A DNA stretch of 61,127 nt, filler included, from Platydemus manokwari (Eukaryota): the NCBI GenBank assembly GCA_037951405.1. It is 6 parts of 6 records of this genome, joined end to end, with 100 filler letters (N's around TTAATTAATTAA, not from the genome) between each part and the next. Parts side by side here need not be neighbours in the genome. Positions count along the whole stretch, not along the records: positions 10,151 to 19,659 come from JBBMOY011239320.1; positions 19,760 to 29,026 come from JBBMOY011274428.1; 4 more parts are not named here. The stretch is one strand, 5' to 3'. Both the position numbers and the translations under genes were made by a program. Positions 14,111 to 27,010 of the stretch are shown piece by piece. The first letter of the stretch is position 1. The number at the start of each line of letters is the position of its first letter. The notes beneath the pieces were generated by a model. The model ran no database searches, was not told the origin of the DNA, and saw only the letters and a program-made list of their open reading frames with translations.

Positions 14111-15585
14111 AGTTGTAAACGTTTGAACATTTGATACAAAAAATAAATTGGAATATAAATAAAGGTGTGATCATTTGAACATTTGATAAAAACTATATAA
14201 ATATAATTAAAGGGCCCACCCATATTATGAAATCTATATTAATATAAAAAATCATGTATCGACGCGAAGGAGGTTTGGTATCTGAGCCTTCCTGTGTTGA
14301 AAAATCTTTTTTAATCTGGAAGTTTGCTTGCATAAATAAGTTTGACTGAACAAATCAAAGTTAAAGGGATTTTATAATACTTGTAGTTGCATTAAAAAAA
14401 ATGATATTTGTAAATTTGTTAACATAGCAAATAAATCTTATTGTTATCATCGTTGTGTTTATTTATTGTATTATTTGATTATAAGTATAAGAGCACGCAC
14501 CTACTGGATTGACATTGCGCTTCAACCGGTAGTATCGAACTCATATATAAAGATCTAATAACTAAACATTATTACAATTTCATTCTATACGATTATTGAA
14601 TGACTTTTATATTTTCTATCTACAAAACCCCTTGAAATCGTTTCAGCTTCAATAAGTGACGAAAGAAAATAGAAATACAAACTTATCTCTGTCGAAATCA
14701 AACTGTTTGAATCTAGTGTATATATGATTATGTGTATGACTATTTATAATACTTTATTCAATATATTATTCCGTGTACCAATATTTGAATTATTTAACTT
14801 ATCACGGAAATAGTTTTCATTCATTCATATTTCATTTGAAATTCACATTTATATTAAAAGCGAAAGAATTGATATCAAAATAAAGAGGAATCATAAAATC
14901 TAAAACTTAATATCTAATTTCAAAGCTGTTGAGAAGAAAATTGCTAATAAAACGATATTTTTTTTCTCAAAAGAAATTTTGATTGTTAGCGCCGCATTAA
15001 TAATCTTCATATTATTTCTATGTCGACACGGAATATCGATGAAAATACTTAAAATAGGTGTTTTAATTCGCCGTGGTTTAGCGAAATCGGAGACTGATAA
15101 GCCGATGGCAATAGTCAAGGATCATTATAGAGCAAAATCCCCATAACCACGTAGACTTGAAAACAATTTTAGGTTGTTAAACTGAACTCCGAGTTGTTAG
15201 CAGGTTATTTAGTAGTCAATGATATTTTACATTCGTTTTAGTATATTTGAAAACAACAATGTTTGCACGGCTCCAAAAATAACGTAAGTCTATATTTTGT
15301 AATAAGTCCATCAGTATTGAGAAAATGTTTAATATTTTACCCGATTCTTATAATAAAATACATATATAATTATATTTCTATTCGGTCTTGTCGAGATTCT
15401 TTGATTAAGCATGAAATATCATCTATACTAATATTTCTGTATCAAATAATCTCATAACTTTACATTAAACGCTGAATAATAATAAAGAAATTAATATTAA
15501 ATATTGATAAATATAAATAATTTTATAATAAAGCAATAACAAACAACTCCAAATGGTTTGTATTAAAAATTTAGGTTAAATTTAC

Positions 15586-15808
15586 CGATTACTGTTGGTT
15601 CCAGATCTACAAAAATGGTTCTCGGAATTTGTCTCTGATCTTTAGACTCATAGAATAAGGTTTCGATTCTATTAGAGAGATTGTTATCAGCTGGATTTAA
15701 AGAACCATCAGCATAAACACCATGTTCCATACAATATAACTCCCAAAGAGCATTGCCGATTTGTATACCTGATTGGCCAATTTGAATGGTAATAATTTCT
15801 CTTGTCAT
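15586..15808 (-). CDS. Divergent alpha-tubulin, first coding exon only
   Basis: MTREIITIQIGQSGIQIGNALWELYCMEHG...PRTIFVDLEPTVI then G|gtaaat, a phase-1 donor at the conserved animal alpha-tubulin EPTVI|D intron position. WELYCxEHG and FVDLEPTVI are alpha-type. No further tubulin exon recognised down to the contig edge at 10151. Confidence 0.88.
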
Positions 15809-17036
15809 AAATTTGAAATGTCAATTGATTGAGTTATTGATTGATGTATTATTATATAATTATTTATATATTGTTAGGAAATTATCTGTTAATAGTTTTA
15901 TATTAAAAAATTGAAAGCATTTTAGAAAATATTAAATATTTTCAAAATGTATGCAATTTATTAAATTATAAATAAAAATAAATTTTCTCCTAATGAAATA
16001 ATTCGGTCGAATTGTAGTTTTGAAGGTGAGATAATTTCAAGTACAAACATTGGTTTTTATTGTCTTGATAATATGAATCTTTGTCAAATTATGAAAACAC
16101 CAGTAATCGCCCAAAGTTTGAATTGTTTGCTATTGTGAAGAATGAGTCAAAATAGATTTTAAAAAACCTATGCAAATGATGGGAAAACCTTCAAAAGGTC
16201 TATTCAGTATGTTATGCGAAATTAAATGTGACGTTTTCGTGGATTTTTACTTATTTTTAACATCTAATATCTATGGGGTGTTCAAAAAACTACTTACATA
16301 ATAAATATCTGAAATAATTAATTAAAACATAATTTTAACTTTTAAAAATTTATTAAATTTAATAATAAATTAACAGTATTGATAATTTATTTCATCTGAT
16401 TTTATTATTTCACGGTGTCAGCAAATTATTAGTGATATTAAAAATCAGTGAAAGAAAATTTGCACCTTTAATAATGTAAAATAAACATCAACCGTCCTAT
16501 CTTCTAATACTGACGAAAAGTAAATAAGAATAGCAGAGATGAAGCTTTCGAAATAACAATTAAAACAAATTTCATAATTATTCTGATATTTGGCAACAGA
16601 ACGATACTGTTTTACATTAAAGGAATTTCTAATTACCTAATTAATGAATATAATAATTAAACATGATAGTAATAATTGTAATAAATAATAATTTTATATA
16701 TTATAACCATATCCAAGTTATTAACAACAAAAAATTCAGCAACATTTGTAGAGCAGTTTCTGATGCAATTATTTATTGATGAAAAAAGTGAATAATTTAT
16801 TTGATCAAAGAAAAAATTAATAATAATTTTTATTAACAATTTAATAATTTGTGATAGTTGATAACTCTGTGGTTCTAATAAATTTATCCAATTTTTTTAT
16901 TATATAACTGATTGAAAAATTTTCCTAACCAATTCCTTCTTTCGGAATTGAAGTGGCTTAATAAACAGACCCTTACAACTGCCACAGACATTAAACTTTA
17001 ATTTCCAAAACAAATTCATATAATAAATATAATTAC

Positions 17037-18647
17037 CTGATTAGGATTAGTTAATTTCTCAATGACATTTAAATTCCTATTAATAGGCACTTCTTTATTG
17101 GAAATTAAATCCTCCCAATGAATGACCATTTTCTGTCTGTATTGTTGATTAAAAGGTCCGCAATAAGATACAAATGCTGCAAATACTACCATATCACCGA
17201 CTAACAGACCTATTTGAGATTCAAATTCTAAACTCTGTTGAGTCCACCGAGTCTTTTCATCTTTCAAGCCATTCATTAATTGATTCGCAGTTGACATTTT
17301 TTTCCTACAGGATGCTGCATCATTTTCAAGAGCCTGTTTCCTTCGAATAGCATTATCGTACTCCAATTTCACCAATGCCAATACTTCTTCCTTTTCTGCT
17401 AATATAATTTCAGCTGATTGTAAATCTTCTTTCGCTTTAGCAAGAATGATATTTTGAGCAGCAAGTTGATCTTTTAAAGGAATAACCTCTTTGTTAACCC
17501 AATAGTATTTTTCCATTGCTTTCGTCCATGCACACAATCCAGCCACGTTACCACAAGATTTCCTAGCGGCTTCAAGATTATAATCGTCTCGTGCAAAATA
17601 TGGTTGTAGTAAATCAATGATTTCTTCATTTATTAAATCTCTCGGAAATGTTAGTAAGCTTTCTAAAAATTTTGTTGATGCTAGTAATTTCAAAGATTCT
17701 TGCCAAGATGGTTTTATAGTTTGTTTTTCCACATCAACAACATATGGATCAACTTTCTTTTGGAACAACAATAACACGCAATCCATAATTCGTTGAATCA
17801 AATGAGGTGGTTTTTGCAATTTTCTAACAGTAGATATATCTGCAGGTTTGATAGTATTGAGGGCATCTTCAGCTTCTTGAAGAGCAGGTTTTGCGGCAGT
17901 CAGTTTAAATTCAGCTACTTGTTGATCCACAGCAATTCGTTCAACAATTGCTGCACATTTATCTTTGACAGAACGGACTTTGTTTTTTACAATTTCTGCA
18001 GCGGTTGTTTGCTTGGTAACATTAGCTAAAACAGCTTCAGCTTCTGCACTGGCTACTGAGAGATTTTTTTCTTTCTCCTCAAGTTCTTTACTGAGTAATA
18101 TTATTGATTCTTGAGCTTCTTTTAATTTCATTAAGCCATTTTTCATACGCTCATAAAGTAGAACGACATTAGCTTTGGTTTTTTCATAAAGGTTTTTATA
18201 CAGATCAATATATGATAAATATGATTTTTGGGTTATTTGTACAGATCTACGATATTGGTTGAAGTAGTTCTGACAATTGGTATAGACATCTTCATGAATG
18301 ATAGCCAATATTTCTACAATACGCTCTTTAACTGCTGCTTCACAAACAAGTGGAAAATTATTAAGTTTATGTACAGCTACTGTTATCAAAGCTTCTTTGG
18401 GCCATTTTTGAAACCAATTTATTGTACAACCAGATATCAGTGAAGGGAAATAGAGAGCTCTTTTGCGGAATTTCTCTCCAATAGGTGAAAAGCACAAAAC
18501 TAAATGTAAATTATCACGAACCCGATCCAAGAAATATTGATATAAAATTTCCTGTGTTTGGGGTGCTTTTGGTAGTTGTTTTTTCATGTCGTAGCTAACA
18601 GATGATAAAATTTCGTCCATTTCCTCTTTAGCAAACAAACCAGCTAT
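17037..18647 (-). CDS. Axonemal outer-arm dynein heavy chain (DNAH5/DNAH8-like), single 1611-bp internal exon covering end of AAA4, stalk/MTBD and start of AAA5 region
   Basis: Acceptor cttttag|ATA GCT GGT TTG at 18647 and donor CAG|gtaatt at 17037; 537 uninterrupted codons. Motifs NLHLVLCFSPIGEKFRKRALYFPSLISGCTINWF, KPALQEAEDALNTIKPADISTVRKLQKPPHLIQRIMDCVLLLF, CGNVAGLCAWTKAM, SYCGPFNQQYR. Confidence 0.95.
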
Positions 18648-19659
18648 CTAAAAGATTATGTAATTAAAGGGATTATTATTTTCTAAATATATATAATAAA
18701 TAAATATAATGGTTGCCTTAAGATTAAATAAGTGGTCGTCTCTAGAAAAGCAGGACATTTATTTATTTTTAAGAATAACTTTTACACTTATAGGTGCACT
18801 TAAGAAAAATTTAGGCTTGTGTATCGTTTTAAAGGGAAACTTGTTTTCAAATCATCACGTCAACAATTCTGAAGCTTTGTTAATAACAAGCTCCAAACAT
18901 TTAAATCTGGACTTTTGAAGGCCTAATCTTCCAGTTCAATGAAATCAAGTGAAAATTTCTGAAGAAATTGAATTAAAGGCGTTGCTGAGTCCTGCTTCCA
19001 TGTCCATATTTGGTCGTTCATTACACTTCGTATATCCAAATTTATTGTTTTCAGAAAAACTGCCTTCAGAAAAATGAAGCTCCGTTTTGTCATACAATGA
19101 AACTGTAGCATAACAAAGAGCATGCTGCAAATTGTCATTTTTTACAAGCAGGTATGTCAGTTTTAAACCGCAATTGCGATCAAAAGTCATCCAAGCTACT
19201 TCAAAAGCGACTTGTTTTCGCACATTTTCGCTCATAGCATTTCATTTTTCTTTAAGAATTTCAAACTTCAATTTCGATATATTGAGATGTCAAGCGAATA
19301 TAATTTTAAAAATAATCATTATTTTCAAATATTTTTAAAACAACCGATTATGGTAAATATCGGTCATTAATATCAGTCATTTACGAATGCTTCCAATGTT
19401 TTGAACAAAATGCAGAAAAAAAGGTCTTGAAATAATAAAAATTTGATAAAATATAAAAAATAATATTAAACTAGGTTTTATTAATTTGTCATTGAAAAAT
19501 TCATAGAAATCAATTTATTGCAAATTATGGTTTCGTACATTTACGATTGAAACGGCCTCCAATTTGGATTGGTGGATAATAAAAGCCAAAATTATAACAT
19601 ATTAAACATGTAATAATTATTATTAATAATTTATAATAATAATTTTTAAAAATAATAAT

Positions 19660-19759
19660 NNNNNNNNNNNNNNNNNNNNNNNNNNNNNNNNNNNNNNNNN
19701 NNNTTAATTAATTAANNNNNNNNNNNNNNNNNNNNNNNNNNNNNNNNNNNNNNNNNNNN
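19660..19759. other. Artificial contig spacer
   Basis: N44-TTAATTAATTAA-N44. Confidence 0.99.
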
Positions 19760-20049
19760 TAATGATTTGCTACAGCACACACACAAGTGTTTACATCTGG
19801 TGTCAAATTCCGGTTATTAAGTTATAGACCCAATACCAAAGCCTTCATTTCTCCACCTCAACAATTTATTTAGTTCAATCATTAAATTATGCCCTTCTTC
19901 ACCTCCTATTTTTTCTATCAATGGTTCTAGATTATTTTTCCTCATCGATATTTATGGTTTCCGTGGATTTTGTGATTCAGATTGTGTCAAATTGACTCCG
20001 GATTGGGCGTTCTGAATATTTACTTTCTTTTTGAGAGACGATTGCTAAA

Positions 20050-21588
20050 ATCTGCTCGTGTTTAGTTTACATCATTTTACAAATTTTCTGAAATTATCAT
20101 AGCAGAAACATTTTATGTTGCCTTGAGTGTTAACAATGTCTCGATACTGTAATTTTGAGAAAATTTCTGTTTTTTGCAGTCTCTCTCAAGATGTCCAATT
20201 TTACCGTATGTGAAGCATGATTTGCTGTCCCGAATTGGTGAATATATTCGTTTTAGAATTGTGGAATTGGAACTACTTCGGGACTTCGAAGGATTCTCGC
20301 TAGCCAATGCATATTTGCCTTAATTAGCATGGTGCCCAAATTTGGTTGTATTTGAAGCGGTTAGCCACTTGCTGATCCCTCGGAGAGTCGCTGACTGAAG
20401 ATTGACTTATCTTGGCGAATAATTGTATGGATTTTGAATGAATTTTGTCGACAGATTTGTCGGTGATGGCCTTTAAATTTTACCCAAAGAAGAGATGGTT
20501 TGACAAATTATCGATATGAAATTAATTTCCACTCTCATGGTATTTTTGATCAGTTTATCGTAGTTAACGTAATCGACGAGGCTAAGTGCTGTGCTGATGT
20601 GGTATTGCACTTCTTTTAAAATTTGATCTTCAGACACCTTAGAGGTTTGTGCTGGCTACTTCGCTTTGGCTCCAAATGCTTTTTTGCAAGAGTTGACACA
20701 AGTGGTACTCAAAAATCTCCGTCTGTTTTACCGGCTTTCTGCAATTTGGAGAAGAATTTTTGGCGAATAATGAAGCTGATGTCTACGCTGATTAATTTCT
20801 CTCATAGAAAATCTTTGTTTGCTGCCCATTGAATGATATTTCTTCTGTCGATTTGATTGTAGGCTTCTCTTACTGCATCTTTTAAGTAGTCTCTGGATTA
20901 TTGTCCTTTTAGTCCATCCGTATGTGAATGCATGCATTAAATAGTTCGTCATGAAGTCTCCGAAATCAACTGTATCTCCCCGCACTGGTGGACAGGGATT
21001 TTCTTTCAGCTAGCAAAATTTGCTTGTGAGATCTTTCTGACCTGGCTTTGATTTTCTGAATTCTGGTTCCATGAATACATAAAGTAAAGATATGCTCATT
21101 TTCTGGCTTATCAAATAATTTTTGAATTCATTAAACAGTTAACTAAGCTCTGACTCCAAAACTAAAACTTTGTTTCACTTGCTTACTACGATATACAAAA
21201 TAAGTACACTTGACATGTTCTTCAAAATATCAACAGAACCTGTCTTCTAACTGGCCATGCTCAAACTCAAAAATATGGCTTCTAACTGGTATTTGACCAT
21301 CTTTACATCGATATTTATATTCGAGATGTGTGTGTAATTTTTCGATTTATGTTCTATCATGTTGTATCGATCTTTGCTTTTCCTTGTTCATATTGCATGA
21401 GTGTGATTGGTCAATCCCTATGTGTATGTTGTTAAGTGACTATGCCCTTTTCTAATTGTCGTTTACCATCTAACTTCACTGTGATTGGCTAGTTGCTTTC
21501 CCTATATGGTTGTGTAAGCATGTAAATGTTTAAAGTACTAAAAGAAAGGTTCGAAGATGAAAATCTGTATTTCTTTTGCAGAATTACA
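20050..21588 (-). mobile_element. Degenerate LTR retrotransposon (Gypsy-like): 5' LTR, PBS-like motif, gag zinc knuckle, protease relic
   Basis: Decayed CCHC knuckle CFTYGKIGHLERDC in ORF 20113-20307, followed by IETLLTLKAT*NV (LLDTGA-like). Broken gag-like ORFs extend to about 21000. PBS-like TTTTGGAGTCA at 21151-21161 (minus). The LTR at about 21171-21588 starts TG on the minus strand, has a TATA-like element and is repeated elsewhere in the window. Confidence 0.7.
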
Positions 21589-22864
21589 TCTGACTCAAAA
21601 GTGCTTTTCAAATTCCTATGAATTGGTAGTAGATATATCCACCAATATCTGACATGAACTACTCAAATTTGTGAGTTAACAAGTGAGAGAATGAGTGAAA
21701 ACGTGTGCGAATAAAAACCACCTGTGTAAACAAATGAAAGAAAAGCAAAAATATTTAGGTGATGAAGATAGACTGATTAATAACCGATCGGTTAAATTAT
21801 AATAATTTATAATATTATATTTGATAAAGTTTTCATTTAACGAATTAACTTTTAGGTTATAAAAAATATAAGGACTAACTCTATTTTATCATTATCTTTA
21901 ATTTCGTTAAGCCCAACTTAGTCTTCATACTAAGTTAGTAGTCTTATGTGAACTTATCAGTTGATTGAAAAGTGAAATTTATCAGACTCTAAAGGTATTA
22001 AAAATCCCATAACAACAAACTACGTCAATAATAAATAATTTAAAATAAAATATCTAATAACTTATAGAAATTTAAATAATTATCAATTGTTCGGTAACGA
22101 AATTAATTTAATACTAGTAAAAAAGTATTTATTGGTAAGTATTTTAGATATATTAAAATTTTAAATTTAAAGAAAATAAGGAGTCTCATTAGGTGAGGCA
22201 TTTTCAACATAAACATAGTTTGAACGAGTTTCTATCCTTCGAAATTTACCAAATATAATACGAGTAATCAGAATTACAAACAATCCCATTTTAACAACGG
22301 AGAAGTTAAAAGGTTTTTAATTTTAATAATTCTGTTAATAAAGTAGTTTTAAGTCAATAAATGATTGTTTGATTACATTGCTACAAATTTATTGTTTTTC
22401 CTCTAAATAATAAAAGCTTTTATTAGATTGCAATTTTTTATGAATATATTTGTTCATATATTAAGCAAGAAAAATTAAAAAATTTTGAAGTTAGTTCGCA
22501 TTTTTTAAATGAAAATTAGTAAAAGCATCCAAATAACTAATTTAATAAATTTCTTTATATTTCCGATAGAGAAAAATTATTTTCTTTGTTTTCTACTAAT
22601 TGTTTGATAAATCTTAATCCAAACAATCACTTGTTTTAATTTTTAATTGTTTGACTATGTAATTAAAATGAATAGAGTTTATAAACCATGCTTATTAAGT
22701 TTTTAAATTTGAATTCTTTTAAAACTAATAACACGTGATACTTTATATATTTAAATAATATATTTGTTAAATTAAATAGATTTCTTTATTAAAATATTTC
22801 AGTAATCGTTTTTTTGCAATTTATTTGTCGTCTTAATAATAAATAATGTTTTTAGTTGTTTCAA

Positions 22865-24064
22865 ATGAATACTTACTCATCTAATTCGCCGAATCCATAT
22901 GCGAAAAGATATTTGACCAAAGGTAGACGAAGTTTAGATAATAATACCTACTTAGAAGTGTGGCCAGTCACGAAAAGACTTAAAAAAGATTTGCAAAAGC
23001 CTTTACATAATGATCAAGATTCAATTCATAATCGAGAATTACACCAAAAATCAGAAACATACAATTTTTTAACAGAAGATAATTATATTCAAAACGAATT
23101 TCCCGAGTTTTATGATAGTTCTATCGAATTTGATCGCATTCAAGAGCCATCAGCTGAAAATTATATTTATTTGAATGAAAACGATCATCAGAATGTTGTA
23201 GATGAAAATAGTGTTTTCATCGATGGAAATAATGAAGAATATTCCATTGATTTTATAGATGAAACAGATAACTCTATTATCGATAATTTAAATTATAACC
23301 AATACCAGGATCAATCAATATATAATAGTTGCTTCCTCGAGTCTCAATATGTTTCTCAACCAATTAAAAGCAAACGTAAGCAAGGAATTGTTGGTCGACC
23401 AACTCTTAGTTCTCCTCAAAGACTTCTAGTGCCAGACAATGTTTATTCGCGCGGTAATCCTGTTGCGCTGGAAAACGATAATTATTTCACGGACAACAAT
23501 TATCGCAATCGTCAACCAACCATTATCTCAGTAACAAAAAATTATCCCCACGAAAAGATAATCAAACACAAATCAGATCACGATGACAATGTCCAACGAA
23601 ATGGTGCTCGCAAATGTCCACGAATCCTCTCCAAGCCTTCTTTACCGGAGTTTCGTCAAATCAATAGTTCAAATATTTATTTCAACGCCAGTGAACAAGA
23701 TGCTCTGGAAATCGCCCAGCGAACAGTGGCAAATCGCGAGTTCGCTCGTAATCTTGTCAAGCGAGCTGAACGTCAAGGAACGGTGATTGATAAAAACAAG
23801 ATCCCAATGAGTGTGTTCGAACAACAGCCAGTTGAAGTGCTCATGAAATCAGCTCTCGACGAACATTTGTCGGGAATCGCTGAAATCAAAGAGAGCGAGC
23901 AAGTTATCTCGCAGCCTTTCACAACGACAATAAGCGTCTCAGACACTCGCAAAGTTCCCATTATCATCAAAAAAGAATCACCCATTCTTCCCAAACCAAC
24001 ACAAATGACTGCAAGTGACATTCTCAAGCAAAAATGGAAAGCAGCCAGTCGTCAGCAATCTTGA
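22865..24064 (+). CDS. Uncharacterised 399-aa protein (single or terminal exon), largely low-complexity
   Basis: A 1.2-kb open frame in AT-rich DNA is very unlikely by chance. Acceptor tttttag at 22855 lies 9 nt before the ATG; ATTAAA/AATAAA follow the stop within 50 nt. No recognised domain. Confidence 0.8.
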   Translation: MNTYSSNSPNPYAKRYLTKGRRSLDNNTYLEVWPVTKRLKKDLQKPLHNDQDSIHNRELHQKSETYNFLTEDNYIQNEFPEFYDSSIEFDRIQEPSAENYIYLNENDHQNVVDENSVFIDGNNEEYSIDFIDETDNSIIDNLNYNQYQDQSIYNSCFLESQYVSQPIKSKRKQGIVGRPTLSSPQRLLVPDNVYSRGNPVALENDNYFTDNNYRNRQPTIISVTKNYPHEKIIKHKSDHDDNVQRNGARKCPRILSKPSLPEFRQINSSNIYFNASEQDALEIAQRTVANREFARNLVKRAERQGTVIDKNKIPMSVFEQQPVEVLMKSALDEHLSGIAEIKESEQVISQPFTTTISVSDTRKVPIIIKKESPILPKPTQMTASDILKQKWKAASRQQS

Positions 24065-26599
24065 TATTGATCCATCTATCTATTAAAACGCAAAAAAAAT
24101 GTAAATAAAAACCCCTTGATAGGTTTTTGAATCGTTTTTTTCATTGTATAATTCAACTGCAATTTTGAGAGAGAAAAATAAAACATTTATTTTTTGTGGA
24201 GAGAGAGAGAAAAAAAATAAAAGAAGAAATCGTCGAAAAATTAATTGTATAGAAAACAAATCGTTGTGGTGGATTGATGATAGATATTATTTAGTTATGA
24301 TGTCATTTTTTGATGTTGATATTTTATTAATTTCGTAATCGATTTCTGTTTTATAATCAATTATTATATTATTAATAATAAATATCAAGCAGTTGATGTT
24401 ATATAATAATATTTATTATTGGCACGTTGGTTGATTTATTATATAGTCATACAATATATATAATATTGATAATATTATCTTGTTTATGCTAGATATTATG
24501 TTTGTAAAAAACAGCTGTTTATTATGTTGGATTCTGTATTTTGTTATAATGTTATCAAATCAAAAAAAATCATTTTGCCGGCGCATTTGTTTACAATATT
24601 AATTTTACCAACTCGTTTTCTTTTTCGATTATTAATTCATTCGGCTTGAAGTGTTTCAAAATTAATGAAATCAATTTTTCCATTATAAGCTTTGTGGATA
24701 TTTCCAACATATTTCTCTGCTTATTTTTATAGTTACAAATTGTTGTGAAATACCTGACTAATTCTCAAGTGAATTGTTTTATGTAATTTGGTTAATTCAT
24801 CAGCATTTATGATTTGAAAATTATTAGATTTGATATTATTTTCATAAGCTCACATTTATGTTATCACATTTGGTAACTAATTAGTGAATAATTATTACTG
24901 ACCTCGTAAAACGAATAAACAAAACTCATTTAAATAATTAATTTGTGTGTTCATGGAAGTTTATTTATTAAATGTTTGATTCCAATAATGTTAATTTAAA
25001 TACGTTTTTGTAATGAAATTTCAAAAGTTTATATTTCTGAAAAACCAATTTTGATAATTTTATGATATTTATAAAGGTATTGCATACAGTTTTTTGAATC
25101 CATAATTGTCTTATTATGTCTTTGTTACTTTAGTTTTCAATTAATATTTTTGTGTTAAAAAGATCATAGAGTAAAATTTTAATTTTTAGTCATTTTAAAA
25201 AATCAGGTATTCAGTATATTTATTCTTCAGTGAATTGATTTTAGGATTGTTATCAAAATCATTAAACCTTAAAAATACCTTTGGAATAATTAATATTTTG
25301 AAATAATTTAATATCCATTAATGAAGATCGTTTTTATTAGAAAGTACTTTATGAAAAAAATCTTAATTAAAAATGAAATCATACATTTATAACAAATTAT
25401 ATCAATCTTGAAGAACAATTCATTTTAATATAGGAAACATCTATTAGTTAATTTTTTTAGCTTTGTGTATTACTTGACAATTTTATCACTAAATTTGTTG
25501 TACAAATTATTTTCAAAAACTTACTGATATGTATATATTAGGGTATTTCATGTGGCATAAATGACAGATATATTAGCAGTGGAGCACAAAATAACATTCT
25601 TAAAGTTTATGATAATATTTATATTCTTGGATTTTTCTTGAATGAGAATCACAGATTATCATCGTTCCAATTCGTGCGACAACTCACATTCAGTTTATAG
25701 AGACTGATGTAATATATCTAAGTCGTGATTTATCGCTGCTAACCAATTAATCACTGTCTTAAATAGATTTTTGTTTTTTATTGAAGAAAAAAGTCTGATG
25801 GCTTCCGACAATAAATACGAGTAAACCCAAATATTATTGATCAAAGCCTAAATTTTTGGAATAATGGTTTACTGATCTGGAAAGTTGATCATCTGCATAT
25901 TATTATATCTTTACAATATGTATCTTTATCCTATATATCTTTGCATGTGTATTGGACAATTTTATCTGACGTTGTTACTGAGTATACAATATAACTTTGA
26001 TAATTAGTTACTTATGTGATGGGGAATTATATAATCAAAAAAAGGATAGTGATATTAAAGGTTAAATTGAATAACGAATTAATTAAGTAATAACAATTAA
26101 ACCTCATAATATAAAAATCAATAAAATTTGATCCTGCGATAAAATAATTATTAATCAAATATACAGAATAGGGTAGAATTCTTATCACTAATTTATTAAA
26201 GAAAAAACAGGGTGACGGTAGCCAATAAGATCGTGATAACTATTAAAATAATACAAGTAAAGTTTTCATGAAATCACAAAAATAACAGTGATAAACTCAA
26301 CTATTTAAAAATCGCCTTGACAACTATAATTGAAAATGTCTAAATTTCTGGATTTTATGAAGGAATTTTGAATGATTAACAGTGCCATGTTGATAAAGAA
26401 AGTTTGAAAACATTTATAAGTTCTGTAATAAAGCTTATAATTTATTGATCCTTACTTATTTTCAATAAAAATTAAATTATACTTTAAATGTTAATTTAAT
26501 ATTTATATTATGATTTTTGCCCCTGTGATCATCATGCATTAGCTTTGAAATGAAAATAAGAAGCAAACATGGTATTGTTGCGGTCCAAAATAATTGAAG

Positions 26600-26990
26600 A
26601 TTGAAATTTATTTTTCACTGAATCGTACTAATCAATATGTACACAAGCGACTCTAAAGTTCAACAAAATCTTCATCAATCAATATAAAACACGGACTTAA
26701 AACTCGGCTTCCAACTAACATTTGGCCATCTGTACATCTGTATTTATACTCGAGATTTGCTTGAATTTTGTGTGTCACGTTTTTATTTGATCTCTTATTT
26801 CTCAAGTTCCAATTAGATTAATTAATTTTCTGTACTTGGGATTGGTCAATTCATATGTGTGTGTTACCGTGAAGTTATGTCTATTTTTCGAAGTAGAATC
26901 TTTTGTCTAAGCCCTCTCTAATTGGATAGTTGTTATGGGCATGTAATATGTGAAGTGGTCAAAATATAAAAAAATAATCTTAGCTTTTGG
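26600..26990 (-). mobile_element. Diverged copy of the LTR family seen at 21171-21588
   Basis: Shares GGCTTCCAACT..TTTGGCCATCTGTACATC..TATTTATACTCGAGAT and GATTGGTCAATTCATATGTG blocks with the other copies. Confidence 0.65.
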
Positions 26991-27010
26991 CGAAAATTAG
27001 TTATATTTAG

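Noticed and set aside
17793-18443. Plus-strand ORFs over the dynein exon (likewise 23583-24027 and 56082-56291)
   Set aside because: Shadow frames of real coding exons.
18923-19338. Overlapping ORFs upstream of the dynein exon as further dynein exons
   Set aside because: No dynein AAA4 motifs; probably a repeat relic of unknown type.
21171-26990. Gene capture: two same-orientation LTRs flanking the 399-aa ORF
   Set aside because: The two LTRs are highly diverged, and the 21171-21588 copy is followed by its own PBS-like motif and gag, so they look like independent insertions.
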